The notes beneath the pieces are model-generated. The model saw only the letters and a program-made list of their open reading frames with translations, was not told the DNA's origin and made no database searches. DNA of 64,000 nucleotides from assembly GCA_023205875.1 (NCBI GenBank), contig CP060764.1, forward strand, positions 186,001 to 250,000. The letters are read 5' to 3'. The translations under genes and the position numbers were made by a program. This document shows, in pieces, positions 10,830 through 22,256 of this stretch. Position 1 is the first letter of the stretch; each line of letters begins with the position of its first letter. Source of the stretch: Chloropicon primus (taxonomy: Eukaryota).

Positions 10830-12620
10830 CTACAACGGAAAGGAATCCTGGTAGTCCCGGACTATGCCGTTCCTCTCCGGGTCCCTGAGCTTTCTCAGGG
10901 CCCTGCTCTCGATCTGCCGAATCCTCTCCCGAGTCACGGAGAACTCGGCACCTATGGTCTCCAAAGTCATCTGCTTGTTGCCCAGAACACCGTAACGCAG
11001 GGCGATGATCTTTCTCTCCCTCTCACTCAACGTGTCGAGAAGGTTCTTCACGTCCATCTGAAGCCTCTCGTTGTAGGCAAAAAGCTCAGGGCACTCCTGG
11101 CTCTCGTCGCTGAGTATCTCCTCGAACGTCAATCCCCCCGAGCCCGAGTCGCCGCCTTTGCCGCTCTCGCCGCTGACCCTCTGCTCAAAGCTCATGGGGT
11201 CCTCCATCAGCTTGCAGAGCTTGTTCACGCGGTCCTCCTCGACGTCGAGGTGCTTGGCGATCTTGGCGTACACGCTGTTTCCCGATGAAGGGGCGCGGTC
11301 CTCGCCCCCCTTCCCCTTCCCCTTCCCCTTGGCGCGAAGCTTCGGGGTCTTGGAACCCTTTTCCTTTCCTTGGCTCTTGTCCAGGAAGCCGGGATCCTCC
11401 CGAAGCTGCGCTTGGACCGACCTGACCTTCGTCATCAGCTCGTGCAGGTGCACGGGGAGTCTCACGTCCCTCCCGTTGTCCTGGATTGCCCTCGTGATGC
11501 TTTGCCTCACCCACCAGTGGGCGTACGTGCTGAACTTGTAGCCCTTGGAAGGGTCGAACTTCTCCGCGCCCCTCACCAGACCCAAGCAACCCTCCTGCAC
11601 GAGGTCCGTGAACTCGAGGCCGTTCCCGCTGTACTTCTTCGCGACGGACTGGACCAAGCGAATGTTCGCGCCGATCATCCTCTGCTTCGCCTGGAGGCAC
11701 TCGCTGTAGGCCTCCTGGAGCCTCTCCCCGTCCTGGCCAAAGCCGGCGTACTCGGCCCACTCCTTCATGGTGGGGACCTTGCCCAGGTCTCCGTGAGCCT
11801 TGAAGTAGCAGTCCTCGAGCTGCTTGAGCTCCTGCACCTTGACCGCGAGCTGCTGCTCCTCGGCGGCGGTCAGAAGGTCGAACTGCAGGGAGTAGTCACC
11901 CCCCGCACCCGAGATCTCGTCCACCGTGAGGACGTCCGAGGTCCCCTCCGGCGACGACGGTGGCGCCGGCGGAGGCGCAGGCGCCTCGAGAATCTCCAGG
12001 GCCTCCTCCTCGTCCTCCCTCTGGGCCTGAGGGCTGTTCCACCTCCTCTTGCGGGCGTTCCTCGCGCTCCTCGCCCTCCGTACGCGCTGCCTCCGCCTCG
12101 ACGTCCTCAAGACCTCCTTGCTCTCCGTCAGGGGCCTTATCTCGCCCGTCAGGCCGACCACCGGGGAGGAAGCGTCCGAGGACGAACCGTCCCTCTCCGT
12201 CGAGGACGGGGCGCTGGGGAGGTCCATGGTGCTCTCCAATGACGCCGCAGCGCTCGCGAGCCTCGAGGCCTCCCTGGCGAGGTCCGCGACCTCCCTGGCC
12301 TTCTCCAAGGCGTCCAGGCTCACGTCCCCGCTGTCCGCCAGCTCCACGTCCTGAAAAACTTGGTTCAACTCCTTCAGGAGAAGGTCCAGGGAGTTGGCCC
12401 TCGCGTCCGTAGCCGTCGCCGTCGCCTCCGCCTCCTGGTGCTTTTGCGGCACGTACGCAATCCCAATGTTTCTCCTTCCTGCCGTGGAACAAACCGTCGT
12501 CGCAGTCTTTCTCGCCCTCGAAGAAGCGAATCCCGCCGCGCGGCGGGAGGAAGAAGGCCTCGACCCCCTCGCCGTCGCACCCCTGCGGACGCGGACGCCC
12601 CTCACCCCCGTCTCTCCCAT
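10830..12620 (-). CDS. rpoD: Nuclear-encoded plastid RNA polymerase sigma-70 factor
   Basis: Region 1.2 LLTAAEEQQLA; region 2 ANIRLVQSVAKKY, DLVQEG, KFDPSKGYKFSTYAHWW; region 4 TLETIG...TRERIRQIE; Ser/Arg/Ala-rich transit peptide. Confidence 0.93.
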   Translation of the reverse strand: MGETGVRGVRVRRGATARGSRPSSSRRAAGFASSRARKTATTVCSTAGRRNIGIAYVPQKHQEAEATATATDARANSLDLLLKELNQVFQDVELADSGDVSLDALEKAREVADLAREASRLASAAASLESTMDLPSAPSSTERDGSSSDASSPVVGLTGEIRPLTESKEVLRTSRRRQRVRRARSARNARKRRWNSPQAQREDEEEALEILEAPAPPPAPPSSPEGTSDVLTVDEISGAGGDYSLQFDLLTAAEEQQLAVKVQELKQLEDCYFKAHGDLGKVPTMKEWAEYAGFGQDGERLQEAYSECLQAKQRMIGANIRLVQSVAKKYSGNGLEFTDLVQEGCLGLVRGAEKFDPSKGYKFSTYAHWWVRQSITRAIQDNGRDVRLPVHLHELMTKVRSVQAQLREDPGFLDKSQGKEKGSKTPKLRAKGKGKGKGGEDRAPSSGNSVYAKIAKHLDVEEDRVNKLCKLMEDPMSFEQRVSGESGKGGDSGSGGLTFEEILSDESQECPELFAYNERLQMDVKNLLDTLSERERKIIALRYGVLGNKQMTLETIGAEFSVTRERIRQIESRALRKLRDPERNGIVRDYQDSFPL

Positions 12621-13599
12621 CGTCCTTGTCCTCGTCCTCGTCCCCCGCGAGCGATGAGAACGCCGACTGACCCTTCTCTCTCTCTCTCTCTCTTCCCAGC
12701 CACAAGAGTAGTAAAACGGTTTTGCGGCTCGTGGCTGGGAAGAGAGACGAAGAGGATAAGGGTCGGTTTGGAAGTGTCCAAGCCGGAAGACACTGAGAAA
12801 ACGCCCTTGCCTTGAAGGCCGGGAGAGGAGGACAGGAGGACTGGAACACTGATGAATGTCTTGCTTGCTCTCCTTGTGTCGTATCTTCTCCTCGCTCGCT
12901 CGCTTGCTGTTTCCAAATGAAGGCCCTCACTTGATAAGAATGAGGGAGAGGGAGGAGAGGAGGTTGGTGGCTTGAGGCTGACAAACAAAGCAAGAGTAAA
13001 GTGTTGTGTGCATGAAAGATTGAAGATAATAAAGGATCATCAAGAAGCCGAGCCGACCTCTCCTCTTCTCTTCTCTTCTCTTCCCTTGATCTACATACAT
13101 CGATGCATATTCGAGGAACTCCTGGGAACGAGGAAAAAAAAGCTTGGTGATTTCGCGCGCGGCGTTGCACCCCTCGTCGATCGCTTTGGCTTGCGAAATC
13201 GAATCACTACCCACTCCAACCTTCGCATCTGAAAGGACCGCAGAAAGCAAAGAGGGAGCCTGGCGGGTCTGTGGTACGACTTGCGCGAACTCGAAAAATT
13301 TCAGTCACTTCGTTTTGAGATGGATTGGACGACTCGACTTCGAAACCCCGGGCATAGCACACACAAAAAAGGAGAATAATGAAAGGGAACCAAACATCAT
13401 TAATAAAGAAGAGAGAGACAGAGAGTTCATTCCATGCTTCAATGGTCACAGAAATGAGATATAATGCAGAACAAAGATGTAATGTTGCCCCCGCCCTCCA
13501 ACGTCGTCTGCTCCTGCTTCGAACTCCACGAAGGACTTGCACACTTTTAGGTTATTGACGAGACTCGCTGGACAGCAGCGAGGCAACGAAGGAAGAGCA

Positions 13600-14980
13600 A
13601 GTTCGATCGTGGTCGGATTTATTCTAACGAGAAATTCACGGCTACCAGGAAACGTCTTTGGACATCTTGTTAAACATAACTCAAACCAGTCCCGCTGTAA
13701 CAGTCTTCGTTAAATTCGCTTAAATTTGATTTGGTTGCACGTTGTTTGTCGTTTTCACACAAATCAGAGCTGGGCTTTCTTTCTCGTGCCTCACTATATT
13801 GAAGTAATTGCGCGAGTTCCTGGGGAGAATATTAACATGCGTGCGTGTGTGTGCGTCTGTTCACTATAACGTGGACACAAAATGATGACGCGAAGAGCCA
13901 AAGCAATAACGTGTTAACTCCGAATGATATTTTTGTAGTTCAACAATCAATAAGGGGAACAGCAAATCCAGGAGAGGACCGTTTTGATGTACTTTCCTGC
14001 CGAGTTACGAACATCAATTAGTGATCTGTAGAAATCAATATTAATCAGATGCGACGCATTCATGTTTATGCTAAAAGTTCAACATTATTATAATAATAAT
14101 AATAAACATCCCTGAAGGAAACCATATGTTCTCAGCCCAAAATCGAACGGCAGTTTTATACATATACACATGTGCAACACGTAAAGGCTTGCACGCACGA
14201 AGCATTGCATATAAATTAGACACTTAATATGAAAGAATGGGACAATTTTTATGAAAAAGAATAATATTTATAGCGTCCTTCTCACAACGCAAAGAAGGAT
14301 AATCATATTAATATGTTAAGATGCTTTAACCGAAAAGAGTAACTCAATATTCTTTGTTTATTATAGATGTATTAATTCATTTCGACTGCGTAGACAACTT
14401 AAAAGTGTTTATTCTTAAAGATACATCTTGAATTGTTCGCATTAAAGAAAAGGAACATTATCTTTTTGAGTGCTTTGGTGATATGGTATCAAACCTTTAC
14501 GCCTCCATATTCACGCTTCATAAAAACATGAGATAAGCAGGTTGATGCTTGATAAAAGCAATGTATTTTATAATTAATCCACAAAGTTTGAGACGCTTGC
14601 TTAAAAAAGCAAAAAAAATTGCTAAATGTTATGCCTTTTATCTCTTGCGCTGCGAAATTACCAATGTATAAACATTTGGGAAAGATTGCAAAATCATCCT
14701 ATGCAAACTTATTACGTCCATGTACCGCTGTTTGTATCATATGGATATGGGGCTGCCATGGCTTTTTGTTGCTCAAAGGAAAACTTGGGTGACAAATGTA
14801 GGCTTTCGAATTTGGCTATGGGGCGTTAAGAATATTCATTCATAGTTTTTGCCTTTCCTTTTGAATAGAGAAAACAGTTAGAGTTCTTCTTTTTGCGTAA
14901 ATACAGTTTCATCGTGCCCTCATACTTTGGTCCTGCCAGGGCGAACGCCGTTCTATTTTTTCTCGAGGAAATGAATGTAC
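13600..14980. other. Gene-free AT-rich island (candidate centromeric or other structural locus)
   Basis: Hand counts of lines at 14041, 14221 and 14341 give 25-27% GC against clearly GC-rich flanking genes; no credible ORF. Boundaries are approximate. Confidence 0.6.
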
Positions 14981-15520
14981 AGCAGGAACACGGAACGTGC
15001 CGGTGAGTCAAACAAGATTTCTTTCTCTTCATTACGACAGCCAAGCAGCCTGGTGCATCTCTGCCTCATGATCGACTTCAATGCCACACCAACACTGCAC
15101 TACTCCTGCAGGGTTCCTCAAAGACTTCCCTCCTCCCCTTCGTCTTCGTCTTCCTCTGCACGACCCTCCGAGCTCACAAACAAACTTTGGGGCCCTCAAA
15201 GGAGGAGCGCGAGAGACCACTCCTTTTTGCCAAAACCTCCAGCCGAGGTATCAATCGAAAGCCCATTACATGACCTTCCGTTTGCTCAACACCTCCTCCC
15301 CTTCGTCGTCACCGACCTTGCACAAGATCCTCGACAAACACCACCCCTCTCCGTGTTGCGGGACCAAAAAAAACCGAGCGTTAATCTCGCTCGTCTTCTC
15401 AATCTCATCTCCTTCAGAGTGTCGCGATGAGATCCTGCAGGAGGTTTAGGTTTTAGGGCCAACAGCCCGAAGGCCGACAGACCGCCCACGCCCTACCTCC
15501 CCAAACCCGATACCCGATAC

Positions 15521-15575
15521 GACAAGACAAGACAAGACAAGACAAGACAAGACAAGACGAGACGAGACGAGACGA
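15521..15575 (+). repeat. Pentanucleotide microsatellite (GACAA)7(GACGA)4
   Basis: Read directly from sequence, just upstream of the SEC-C gene. Confidence 0.9.
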
Positions 15576-15623
15576 TCGAGCGCGCGGTTTGGTTGGGCTT
15601 CTTCTTCTTAGCAGATAATCGGG

Positions 15624-16256
15624 ATGGCTGCCCGGTTGGCGAGAGGGACTCCGGGGACTCTGGAAATCCCTCCTCCTCCTTGCCATGGACGCAATCGTTG
15701 CGTTGCGATGCCGAGGCGTCGGGGACTGCGGCGGCACGACCTCCGTGGCGCTCCCTCGCGGCTGCTTGCTGCAGGCTTCGGGAAAGAGGGCAAAGGCTTC
15801 GGATCGAAGCAGAGCACGATGTCCAAGGATGAGCTTTGTCCTTGCGGACAGGAGGGTCTGGCGTACAAGAGTTGCTGCAAGGCGTACCACCTGAAGACGC
15901 GGAAGGCGGAGAGTCCCCGAAGGCTGCTGAGGACGAGGTTCACCGCGTATGCCAAGGCAAGGAAAGGGGATGCTGTGTTGTCTCGATACCTCGTGGAGAC
16001 AGCCGTGAAACCAGACTCGTCCAAGGAGCTTGAGGCGCTTTGCAAGGACATCGAAGCGTCGTGCGACAAGCTGCAGTTCTCGAACCTCAAAGTTCTCGAG
16101 GAGGCCGAGCACGAGAGCCACGCAGTGATCAAGTTCAGTTATACTGTTCGTGTGCAAGGGCAGAAGGGCTTCAATCTCGGTGCACCAGAGCAGATTGAAG
16201 AGACGAGCCACTTCGTCAAGAGCGATGGCGTCTGGTACTTTAACGACAGTGTGTAA
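15624..16256 (+). CDS. SEC-C motif / UPF0225 (YchJ-like) protein, likely plastid-targeted
   Basis: CPCG...YKSCCKAYH, AESPRRLLRTRFTAY, ETSHFVK.DGVWYF; transit-peptide-like N-terminus ending near GFGK. Confidence 0.85.
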   Translation: MAARLARGTPGTLEIPPPPCHGRNRCVAMPRRRGLRRHDLRGAPSRLLAAGFGKEGKGFGSKQSTMSKDELCPCGQEGLAYKSCCKAYHLKTRKAESPRRLLRTRFTAYAKARKGDAVLSRYLVETAVKPDSSKELEALCKDIEASCDKLQFSNLKVLEEAEHESHAVIKFSYTVRVQGQKGFNLGAPEQIEETSHFVKSDGVWYFNDSV

Positions 16257-16274
16257 TACAGTACAGCAATTACA
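16252..16274. promoter_or_regulatory. Opposed TGTAA polyadenylation signals of two convergent genes
   Basis: TGTAA on + at 16252-16256 overlaps the SEC-C stop; TGTAA on - at 16274-16270 follows the ALG5 stop. UGUAA is the established chlorophyte poly(A) element. Confidence 0.55.
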
Positions 16275-16276
16275 GC

Positions 16277-17490
16277 TCACACGGCGGCCGCGGTTTTGAT
16301 CCTCCAGAACTTGAGGTTGTAGCACACGAAAACGGTGAGGATCTCCAGCGCCATGTGGAACACGTGAAGGAACTTGAGCTTGGAGCCGTCCTTCTCCTGC
16401 CACTTGACTTGGACCTCCAGAATGGGAATCTTAAGCCTCTGAGCGATGTTGACGATCTCAACGTCGAAGCACCACCTCTTGAGCCTCTGGTGCTGGAAGA
16501 GGGCAAAAGCAGCTTCCCTCGTGAAAAGCTTGAACCCGCACTGGGTGTCCCTGATGCTCCCTCCGACCACCATGAAGACGAGGAGGTGGAACCCATGCAT
16601 CGCGAAATTCCTGACCCTCGTCCTCTTGGTCACGATGTCCTCCTGCTCCAGGTGAGCCCTGCTCCCGAAGCAAGCGACCGTCTGTTGAGAGAGGTGGGTG
16701 TATCCCCCAGCCTCCTGTATCACGTTGCCACGGCCCGCGGCCTTCTTCCTCCTGGAAGCGGGTCCCGTATCCTCTGCCCCCATGGAAGCCTTGGCCCCTT
16801 CCCCAGCCCTCTTGGCGCCCGTCCCCGACGACTTGGATTTCTTCATCAGTCTCTGGCACAGAGCAAACTCAAGAGCTTCCAGTCCGTGGGTAAGCTCAGT
16901 CGCCCCATCCGCGTCCATCATGAGCACGAGGTCACCCTCGGCGTTCAAGCAACCCGTCCGGACGGCCGCGCCCTTCCCACTGTTCCTCTGCATCTGGAAG
17001 ACCTTGACAGCATCCTCCGCACCCATCTCCTTCGCGCAGAGCCATGCCTGAGAAAAAAAAGGGATTCAAGACAACACAAGACAAGGCAAGGCAAGAAGAA
17101 GCTCGGGAGGTCAGCGACTCCATTCGGACTGGTATCGACCGGAACCAACCCCTGCATTACCTTGACGGCAGTTTGGTCCGTGCTCCCGTCATCGACGACG
17201 ACGACCTCGTAGGTGAAGCTGGAACCTTCCCTGTCCCTTCTCTTGACCAAATACTCCAGGGTGCTCTTCAACACAGCCGGAAGCCTCTTCTCCTCGTTAT
17301 ACGCCGGTATCACAATCGACAAGCGCTTGGTGGAAGGCTTCCCCCTGTTGGACAACGTGCGCTTCTCCTCCCTCTTCCTGTCGTCCTCCAACTTCCTCGT
17401 CCAAAGCCACCAGCCCCTCACGACCTCCGCTATCCATGTCGAGGCAATGGCGAAGACAAAGAAGTACACCAACGAAGCGATCGACGCCAT
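16277..17490 (-). CDS. ALG5: Dolichyl-phosphate beta-glucosyltransferase; 2 exons (17490-17161, 17047-16277)
   Basis: N-terminal [67 protein letters not shown]...TCAG intron at 17160-17048 restores the frame. Confidence 0.92.
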
Positions 17491-17995
17491 CGATAACCCA
17501 ATCCAACTCTCCAACTCTCCCTCTCCCTCTATCCCTCTCCCTCTCTCTCCTCTGCCCCTTCTGCTTCACCCCTTCCTCGCCCTCTGCTCTGCAACCTGCG
17601 TTCCCCTTCCCAATGGTTCAAGCGAGAGAGGGGTTCACCCAAGAGATGGCACCCTACCGTGTTCTTCCGTGTCGTTCCGTGTCGTGTTGTTCCCCTCCTC
17701 CGAGCCTCCGCCTCCTCCGAGCCTCCGCCTCCCTGTGCCCTTCTGCTTCACCCCTTCCCCACTCGAATGGGAGGCGAACCCACGCGGCGAGAGAGGGAGA
17801 GAAGGTGAGTTTGAGAAGGGCACGAGGATCGAGGGAGGGGCGACGAGAGGAGGAGGAGGATAGGAATGGAAGCGTCTTCTCTTCCTCTTTCGATCGACAC
17901 CTCCCTTGGGGAGTTTGGCCCTGGAATGGGAATGCTGAGAATGATTTTGCTCCGTGGTTTTGTTCTCGACGCAGAAGAGAGAGAGGCAGAGGGAA

Positions 17996-17997
<2 letters not shown>

Positions 17998-18033
<36 letters not shown>
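17998..18033 (+). repeat. (GA)n microsatellite in the ALG5/GPAT9 divergent spacer
   Basis: Read directly from sequence. Confidence 0.9.
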
Positions 18034-18036
<3 letters not shown>

Positions 18037-18195
18037 GGAGGGGAAGGGAGGAGGCCGATGAGCCTGTGCCTCGCTTGAGTGATCTTATCTCTTGCAGGAA
18101 GCGGCCGGAGGGAGAAGAAGCGAAGGCGACCAGCGTGTGAGAGAGACCAAGCCAAACCAAGCCCGTTCCAACGTTTGGAGTTGAGGAAGGCAAGG

Positions 18196-19449
18196 ATGGG
18201 ACGAAAGGGGAAGAACAGGAAGCCGTCGATGATGCGGACGGGGTCGAGGAGGCTGGATGAGGAAAATGGATTGAACTCGTCGCACAACTTGAGCGGGATC
18301 GGCTTGGAGTTCAACAGGACCAAGACGTACATGAACCTAGTCTCGAACGAAATTGCTGCCGAGCTCAGGAAGGAGGAGAAGATCCGAGTGAGCGAGGACA
18401 CGTGCGGGCACGGGCTGATGAGGGACGTCCTCGACATTACGTCGACGCTGGAGGAGGGAGTCTCGGCCATTGTGGACGATAGCTTCACCAAGTGCTTCAA
18501 CAAGGCGTCGAAGACCGTGTGGAACTTCAACGCTTACCTGTTCCCCTTCTGGCTCGCGGGGGTTTTCGTGCGGTACCTGGTGCTGTTTCCATTGAGACTG
18601 GTGTGGCTCCTGTCATCATTCTTCGTCCTGAATGTGCTGTTCGCGCTATCTCGGATGCTTTTGCCCAAGAGCGACTTCAAGTTCCGGTTGAACACCATCA
18701 TTGTCCACCTCATTTCCTTCTGCTGGGTGGCCTCGTGGTCGGCGGTGATCCAGTGCCACGGCCCAAAGCCCACTAGCAGCAACGGCAGGGTTTACGTGAG
18801 CAACCACACGAGCATGATCGACTGGCTTGTCCTGTCCCAGGTAACGCCGTTCGCGACCGTGATGCAGAAGCACCCAGGTTGGCTCGGGCTTGTGCAGACT
18901 TACATCATGGATGGCTTCGGATGCGTCTACTTCAACAGGAAGGACGCCAAGGACAGGGAGAAAGTTGCGCAGACGATCAAGGAGAGGGTGAACAACAGCC
19001 ACGGGAAGTTTCCTCTGCTCATCTTTCCCGAGGGCACCTGCGTGAACAACAGGTACACCACGATGTTCAAGAAGGGAGCCTTCGAGTTGGACTGCGCGGT
19101 TTGCCCCGTGGCGGTGAAGTACAACAAGATATTCGTGGACGCGTTCTGGAGCTCGAGAACGCAGTCTTTCACGATGCATCTGTTCGAGCTGATGACTTCC
19201 TGGGCCGTGGTAGCTGACGTGTACTTTCTGGAACCCCAATACAAGAGAGAGGGGGAAACGTCCATTGAGTTCGCCTCGCGTGTACAACAGATGATAGCAA
19301 AGAAGGCCCAGCTCAAGATCGTGCCCTGGAACGGAATGCTCAAGTACTTCAAACCAAGTCCCAAGCTATGCGAGCAAAAACGTGAAATTTTCGGGACAGC
19401 CATCAAAGCCAGGCTGCAGGCCGAGGGGACGGCGCCAAAAGAGGACTGA
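18196..19449 (+). CDS. GPAT9: ER glycerol-3-phosphate acyltransferase, GPAT9 type
   Basis: AIVDDSFTKCF, WNFNAYLFPFW, NHTSMID, QKHPGW, FPEGTCVNN, FKKGAFEL, KYNKIFVDAFW, MTSWAVVADV. Confidence 0.93.
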   Translation: MGRKGKNRKPSMMRTGSRRLDEENGLNSSHNLSGIGLEFNRTKTYMNLVSNEIAAELRKEEKIRVSEDTCGHGLMRDVLDITSTLEEGVSAIVDDSFTKCFNKASKTVWNFNAYLFPFWLAGVFVRYLVLFPLRLVWLLSSFFVLNVLFALSRMLLPKSDFKFRLNTIIVHLISFCWVASWSAVIQCHGPKPTSSNGRVYVSNHTSMIDWLVLSQVTPFATVMQKHPGWLGLVQTYIMDGFGCVYFNRKDAKDREKVAQTIKERVNNSHGKFPLLIFPEGTCVNNRYTTMFKKGAFELDCAVCPVAVKYNKIFVDAFWSSRTQSFTMHLFELMTSWAVVADVYFLEPQYKREGETSIEFASRVQQMIAKKAQLKIVPWNGMLKYFKPSPKLCEQKREIFGTAIKARLQAEGTAPKED

Positions 19450-19597
19450 AAGAAAGCCTCCTCCTTGTATATAAGACTCTTAGCTCAGAGCGTTGTGGAA
19501 CGAAAGGTTTGTTGTTCACGGTTCGGGGCAGCTTTCTTTTCCTTGAGAACAATCTAATTACAATAAGCTACTACTTAAACATCATCGCAGCATGTTT

Positions 19598-21559
19598 TTA
19601 CTTCTTCTTCATGGCCTCGTAGAGGGCATCGACTTGGCTCTGGTAGTGCTTGAGGAGCTGAGGCCTCTTCAACTTGAAAGTTGGGGTAAGAAGGTTCTCC
19701 TCGACGGAGAACTGGGTGGAATCCAAGTGGACGGCCTTGACGATCTCGAAACCCTTCATCTTGGCCTCCTTTCCGGTCTTCTTCAGCTCTCCGAGAATCA
19801 TCTCGTTGGCCTCCGGCGTCTTGCAGACGGCGGCGTAGTCTCCCGCGACTCCCTTCTCGCTGGCCCAGGCCATGATCTTCTCCTCGTTCGGGACAATCAC
19901 AGCAACGAGGCAGTTCTCGAAACTGTTCCCGTACACCCAGACCTGCTCCATGTTCAAGTTCTTCTTGTAGGCGCTCTCGAGGACCTCCACGGCGACGTAC
20001 TCTCCCTGGGAGAGCTTGAAGATGTTCTTCTTGCGGTCAATAATCTTGAGAGAGCCAAAGTCGGTGATCTCGCCAACATCTCCGGTGTGGAAGAACCCGT
20101 CCTTGTCGATCGCTCCCTTGGTCTGCGCCTCGTCCTTGTAGTAACCAGCGTAGACGGAGGGCCCCCTGATCAGGATCTCTCCCCTCGGTGGGTTGGTGAA
20201 AGGCGAGTAGTTCATCTCCGGCACGGCCTCGAGCCTGTACTCCACGCTCGGGGCAGGGACACCGACGGTCTTGTAGAACCTAATGTCATCAGGAACAGCA
20301 GTGAAGGAGGCGGCCATGGTCTCCGTGAGGCCATAGCCCTGGATGACGGGGCAGCACATGGAGGTCCTGAGGAACTGCTCGACGTGGGACGCAAGAGGAG
20401 CACCTCCGCTGACGATGACCCTACAGCAGCCTCCCAAGACAGCCTTGAGCTTTTTGAACAAGATCATGTTGAAAAGTGGCGCGGCCTTTGCCTGAGAAAC
20501 TCCCTTCTCGATTGCACTCCACTTTCTCTTCACACCGGTGGTGAACAAGAAGTTCTTGATGAAAGACGCCTGCATCTTGTTGCTGACCTTGGAGTAAATC
20601 CTGTCAAAAATTCTTGGCACGCCGGCGAAGATGGTGGGCTTAAGGGCAGCAACATCCTCGAGCAAGAGAAGCGGGCTGCCCCTCCAGTAACCGACGGCAC
20701 CTCCGGCGCAAAGGAAGGTCTCCTCGACGACTCTGTCGAAGATGTGAGCAAGAGGAAGGTAACTCATGAACCTATCCGTCTTGGAGATCGGGATCTTCTG
20801 GATTTCGAAGAGCTTCTCGATGGCGTTGAGCTCGGCGACCATGTTCTTGTGCTTGATCATCACACCCTTTGGATCGCCGGTGGTACCGCTGGTGTACATG
20901 ATGGTGCAGAGGTCCTCTGGCATTGGTCCGGCGTTCTCCTTCTTGTCGGCAGCGCCCTTCTCGAGGAACTGGTCGTAGGAGAAGACGTTGACGCCGAAGT
21001 CGTTGAGCTCCTTGAGCTCCTCCTCGGAGGGCTCTCCCCAGTACACCAAGGTGGTCACCGTGGGGATCTTTCCCTTGGTCTTCAGCAAGACGCTGATCTT
21101 CTTGGCGCTGATGAAAGCGACCTTGCACTCGGCGTGGTTTGTGATGTACTCCACGGCGTTCTCTCCCAAAGTATCGTAAAGGGGAACGCAAGCGGCGCCG
21201 ATCCTGTTGCAAGCCTGCATGGCGATCATCCACTCCGGGCAGTTTCCACTCAAGATTCCAACCTTTGTGCCGACATCGGCTCCCTCAGCGATGAGAGCGG
21301 AGGCGATCTTCTTCGTAGCGTCCATAACCTCGTTGTAGGTCAGCCACATGTATGGACCGTCCCCGTTCCTCTGGCCGAGGCACTTCTCCTCGCCAAACTC
21401 TTCCACCGACTTGGCGAAGAGTTCGCTCAAGGTGTAGCACCCCTTGTACTCGTAAGGCACCAAGCCATCCCCGCAGTTAAACAGTCTGTAAAGAGGTCCC
21501 TGAGTCTCATTCGCAGGCTCCACCTCCGTGATCCAGTTGTCCATTTGCAAAGCACTCAT
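19598..21559 (-). CDS. LACS: Long-chain acyl-CoA synthetase (paralog 1)
   Basis: IMYTSGTTGDPKGV, YLPLAHIFDR, QGYGLTET, FFHTGDVG, IDRKKNIFKLSQGEYVA, TPTFKLKR. First ATG (MSALQ) at 21559. Confidence 0.93.
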   Translation of the reverse strand: MSALQMDNWITEVEPANETQGPLYRLFNCGDGLVPYEYKGCYTLSELFAKSVEEFGEEKCLGQRNGDGPYMWLTYNEVMDATKKIASALIAEGADVGTKVGILSGNCPEWMIAMQACNRIGAACVPLYDTLGENAVEYITNHAECKVAFISAKKISVLLKTKGKIPTVTTLVYWGEPSEEELKELNDFGVNVFSYDQFLEKGAADKKENAGPMPEDLCTIMYTSGTTGDPKGVMIKHKNMVAELNAIEKLFEIQKIPISKTDRFMSYLPLAHIFDRVVEETFLCAGGAVGYWRGSPLLLLEDVAALKPTIFAGVPRIFDRIYSKVSNKMQASFIKNFLFTTGVKRKWSAIEKGVSQAKAAPLFNMILFKKLKAVLGGCCRVIVSGGAPLASHVEQFLRTSMCCPVIQGYGLTETMAASFTAVPDDIRFYKTVGVPAPSVEYRLEAVPEMNYSPFTNPPRGEILIRGPSVYAGYYKDEAQTKGAIDKDGFFHTGDVGEITDFGSLKIIDRKKNIFKLSQGEYVAVEVLESAYKKNLNMEQVWVYGNSFENCLVAVIVPNEEKIMAWASEKGVAGDYAAVCKTPEANEMILGELKKTGKEAKMKGFEIVKAVHLDSTQFSVEENLLTPTFKLKRPQLLKHYQSQVDALYEAMKKK

Positions 21560-22256
21560 CTTATGTGTATGTATGGGTCTAAACTTCAAAACGTTTTTCC
21601 TTTCCTTTCCTTCCTGATGCCAGCGAAGCTGCTGCTTTGTTGCTGCTGTGTGCGTCTCGACTTGAGAGCCTGAGAGCTGGACGAACGATAAGAGTAAAGT
21701 AGAACAAACCACAACCTGCTTGTGTTTGCCCGTGTTCCTTGCGCTTGCGCTTGACTCTTGGTCCTCGCGATGAGGTTGGCTTGTTGTGTCAACAAGCGCC
21801 GTCTCGATCCCCTTTCGTGGATGGTTTATGGATTTCGTTCCTGTGTCACGGCGTGGTATCGTGACGAGGATTACAATGACTTTACTACTGTGGCCGAACC
21901 TTCACTTCGCCGCCGACGACGACGTTTCAGAGAAACGACGAACGAAAAAAAATAATGCGAAATATCTCTCTCCTCTTTGGCTTGGGAAGGGGGGGAGGAG
22001 GAAGGGGGGGGAGGTCGAGAACATCGAGGGGAAGGGTTGTAACGTCTTGGCTCTTGAGGAGGCTGTCTTGCAAGAGCAATGCCATGGCCAAGATCAAGGG
22101 CGACACACCCAATGCTCCCACTTTAGAGCGGAGCAGACACCTTTGTGCGTGAATCATGATGTCAGTTTGTGGAAGAAACGAAATGAGTGAAAATGCATTG
22201 CAAGAAAGTAAAAGAAAGAAAGAAAAACTCTATCCACCCGTTCCGAGGGAAGCAAA

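Noticed and set aside
10830..12620. Sigma-70, EF-Ts, ApaG and SEC-C genes as bacterial contamination or recent HGT
   Set aside because: They have eukaryotic N-terminal extensions and host-like composition and sit among intron-containing genes; organelle-related nuclear genes are expected in algae.
12650..13600. Short ORFs here and at 14975-15490 flanking the AT-rich island
   Set aside because: Low-complexity translations without motifs or typical codon bias; more likely UTR or promoter sequence. A non-coding transcript cannot be excluded.
15442..15458. Telomere-like GGTTTAGGTTTTAGGG beside the AT-rich island (telo-box or telomerase RNA template?)
   Set aside because: Only two imperfect units, with no supporting promoter or RNA structure that I can identify.
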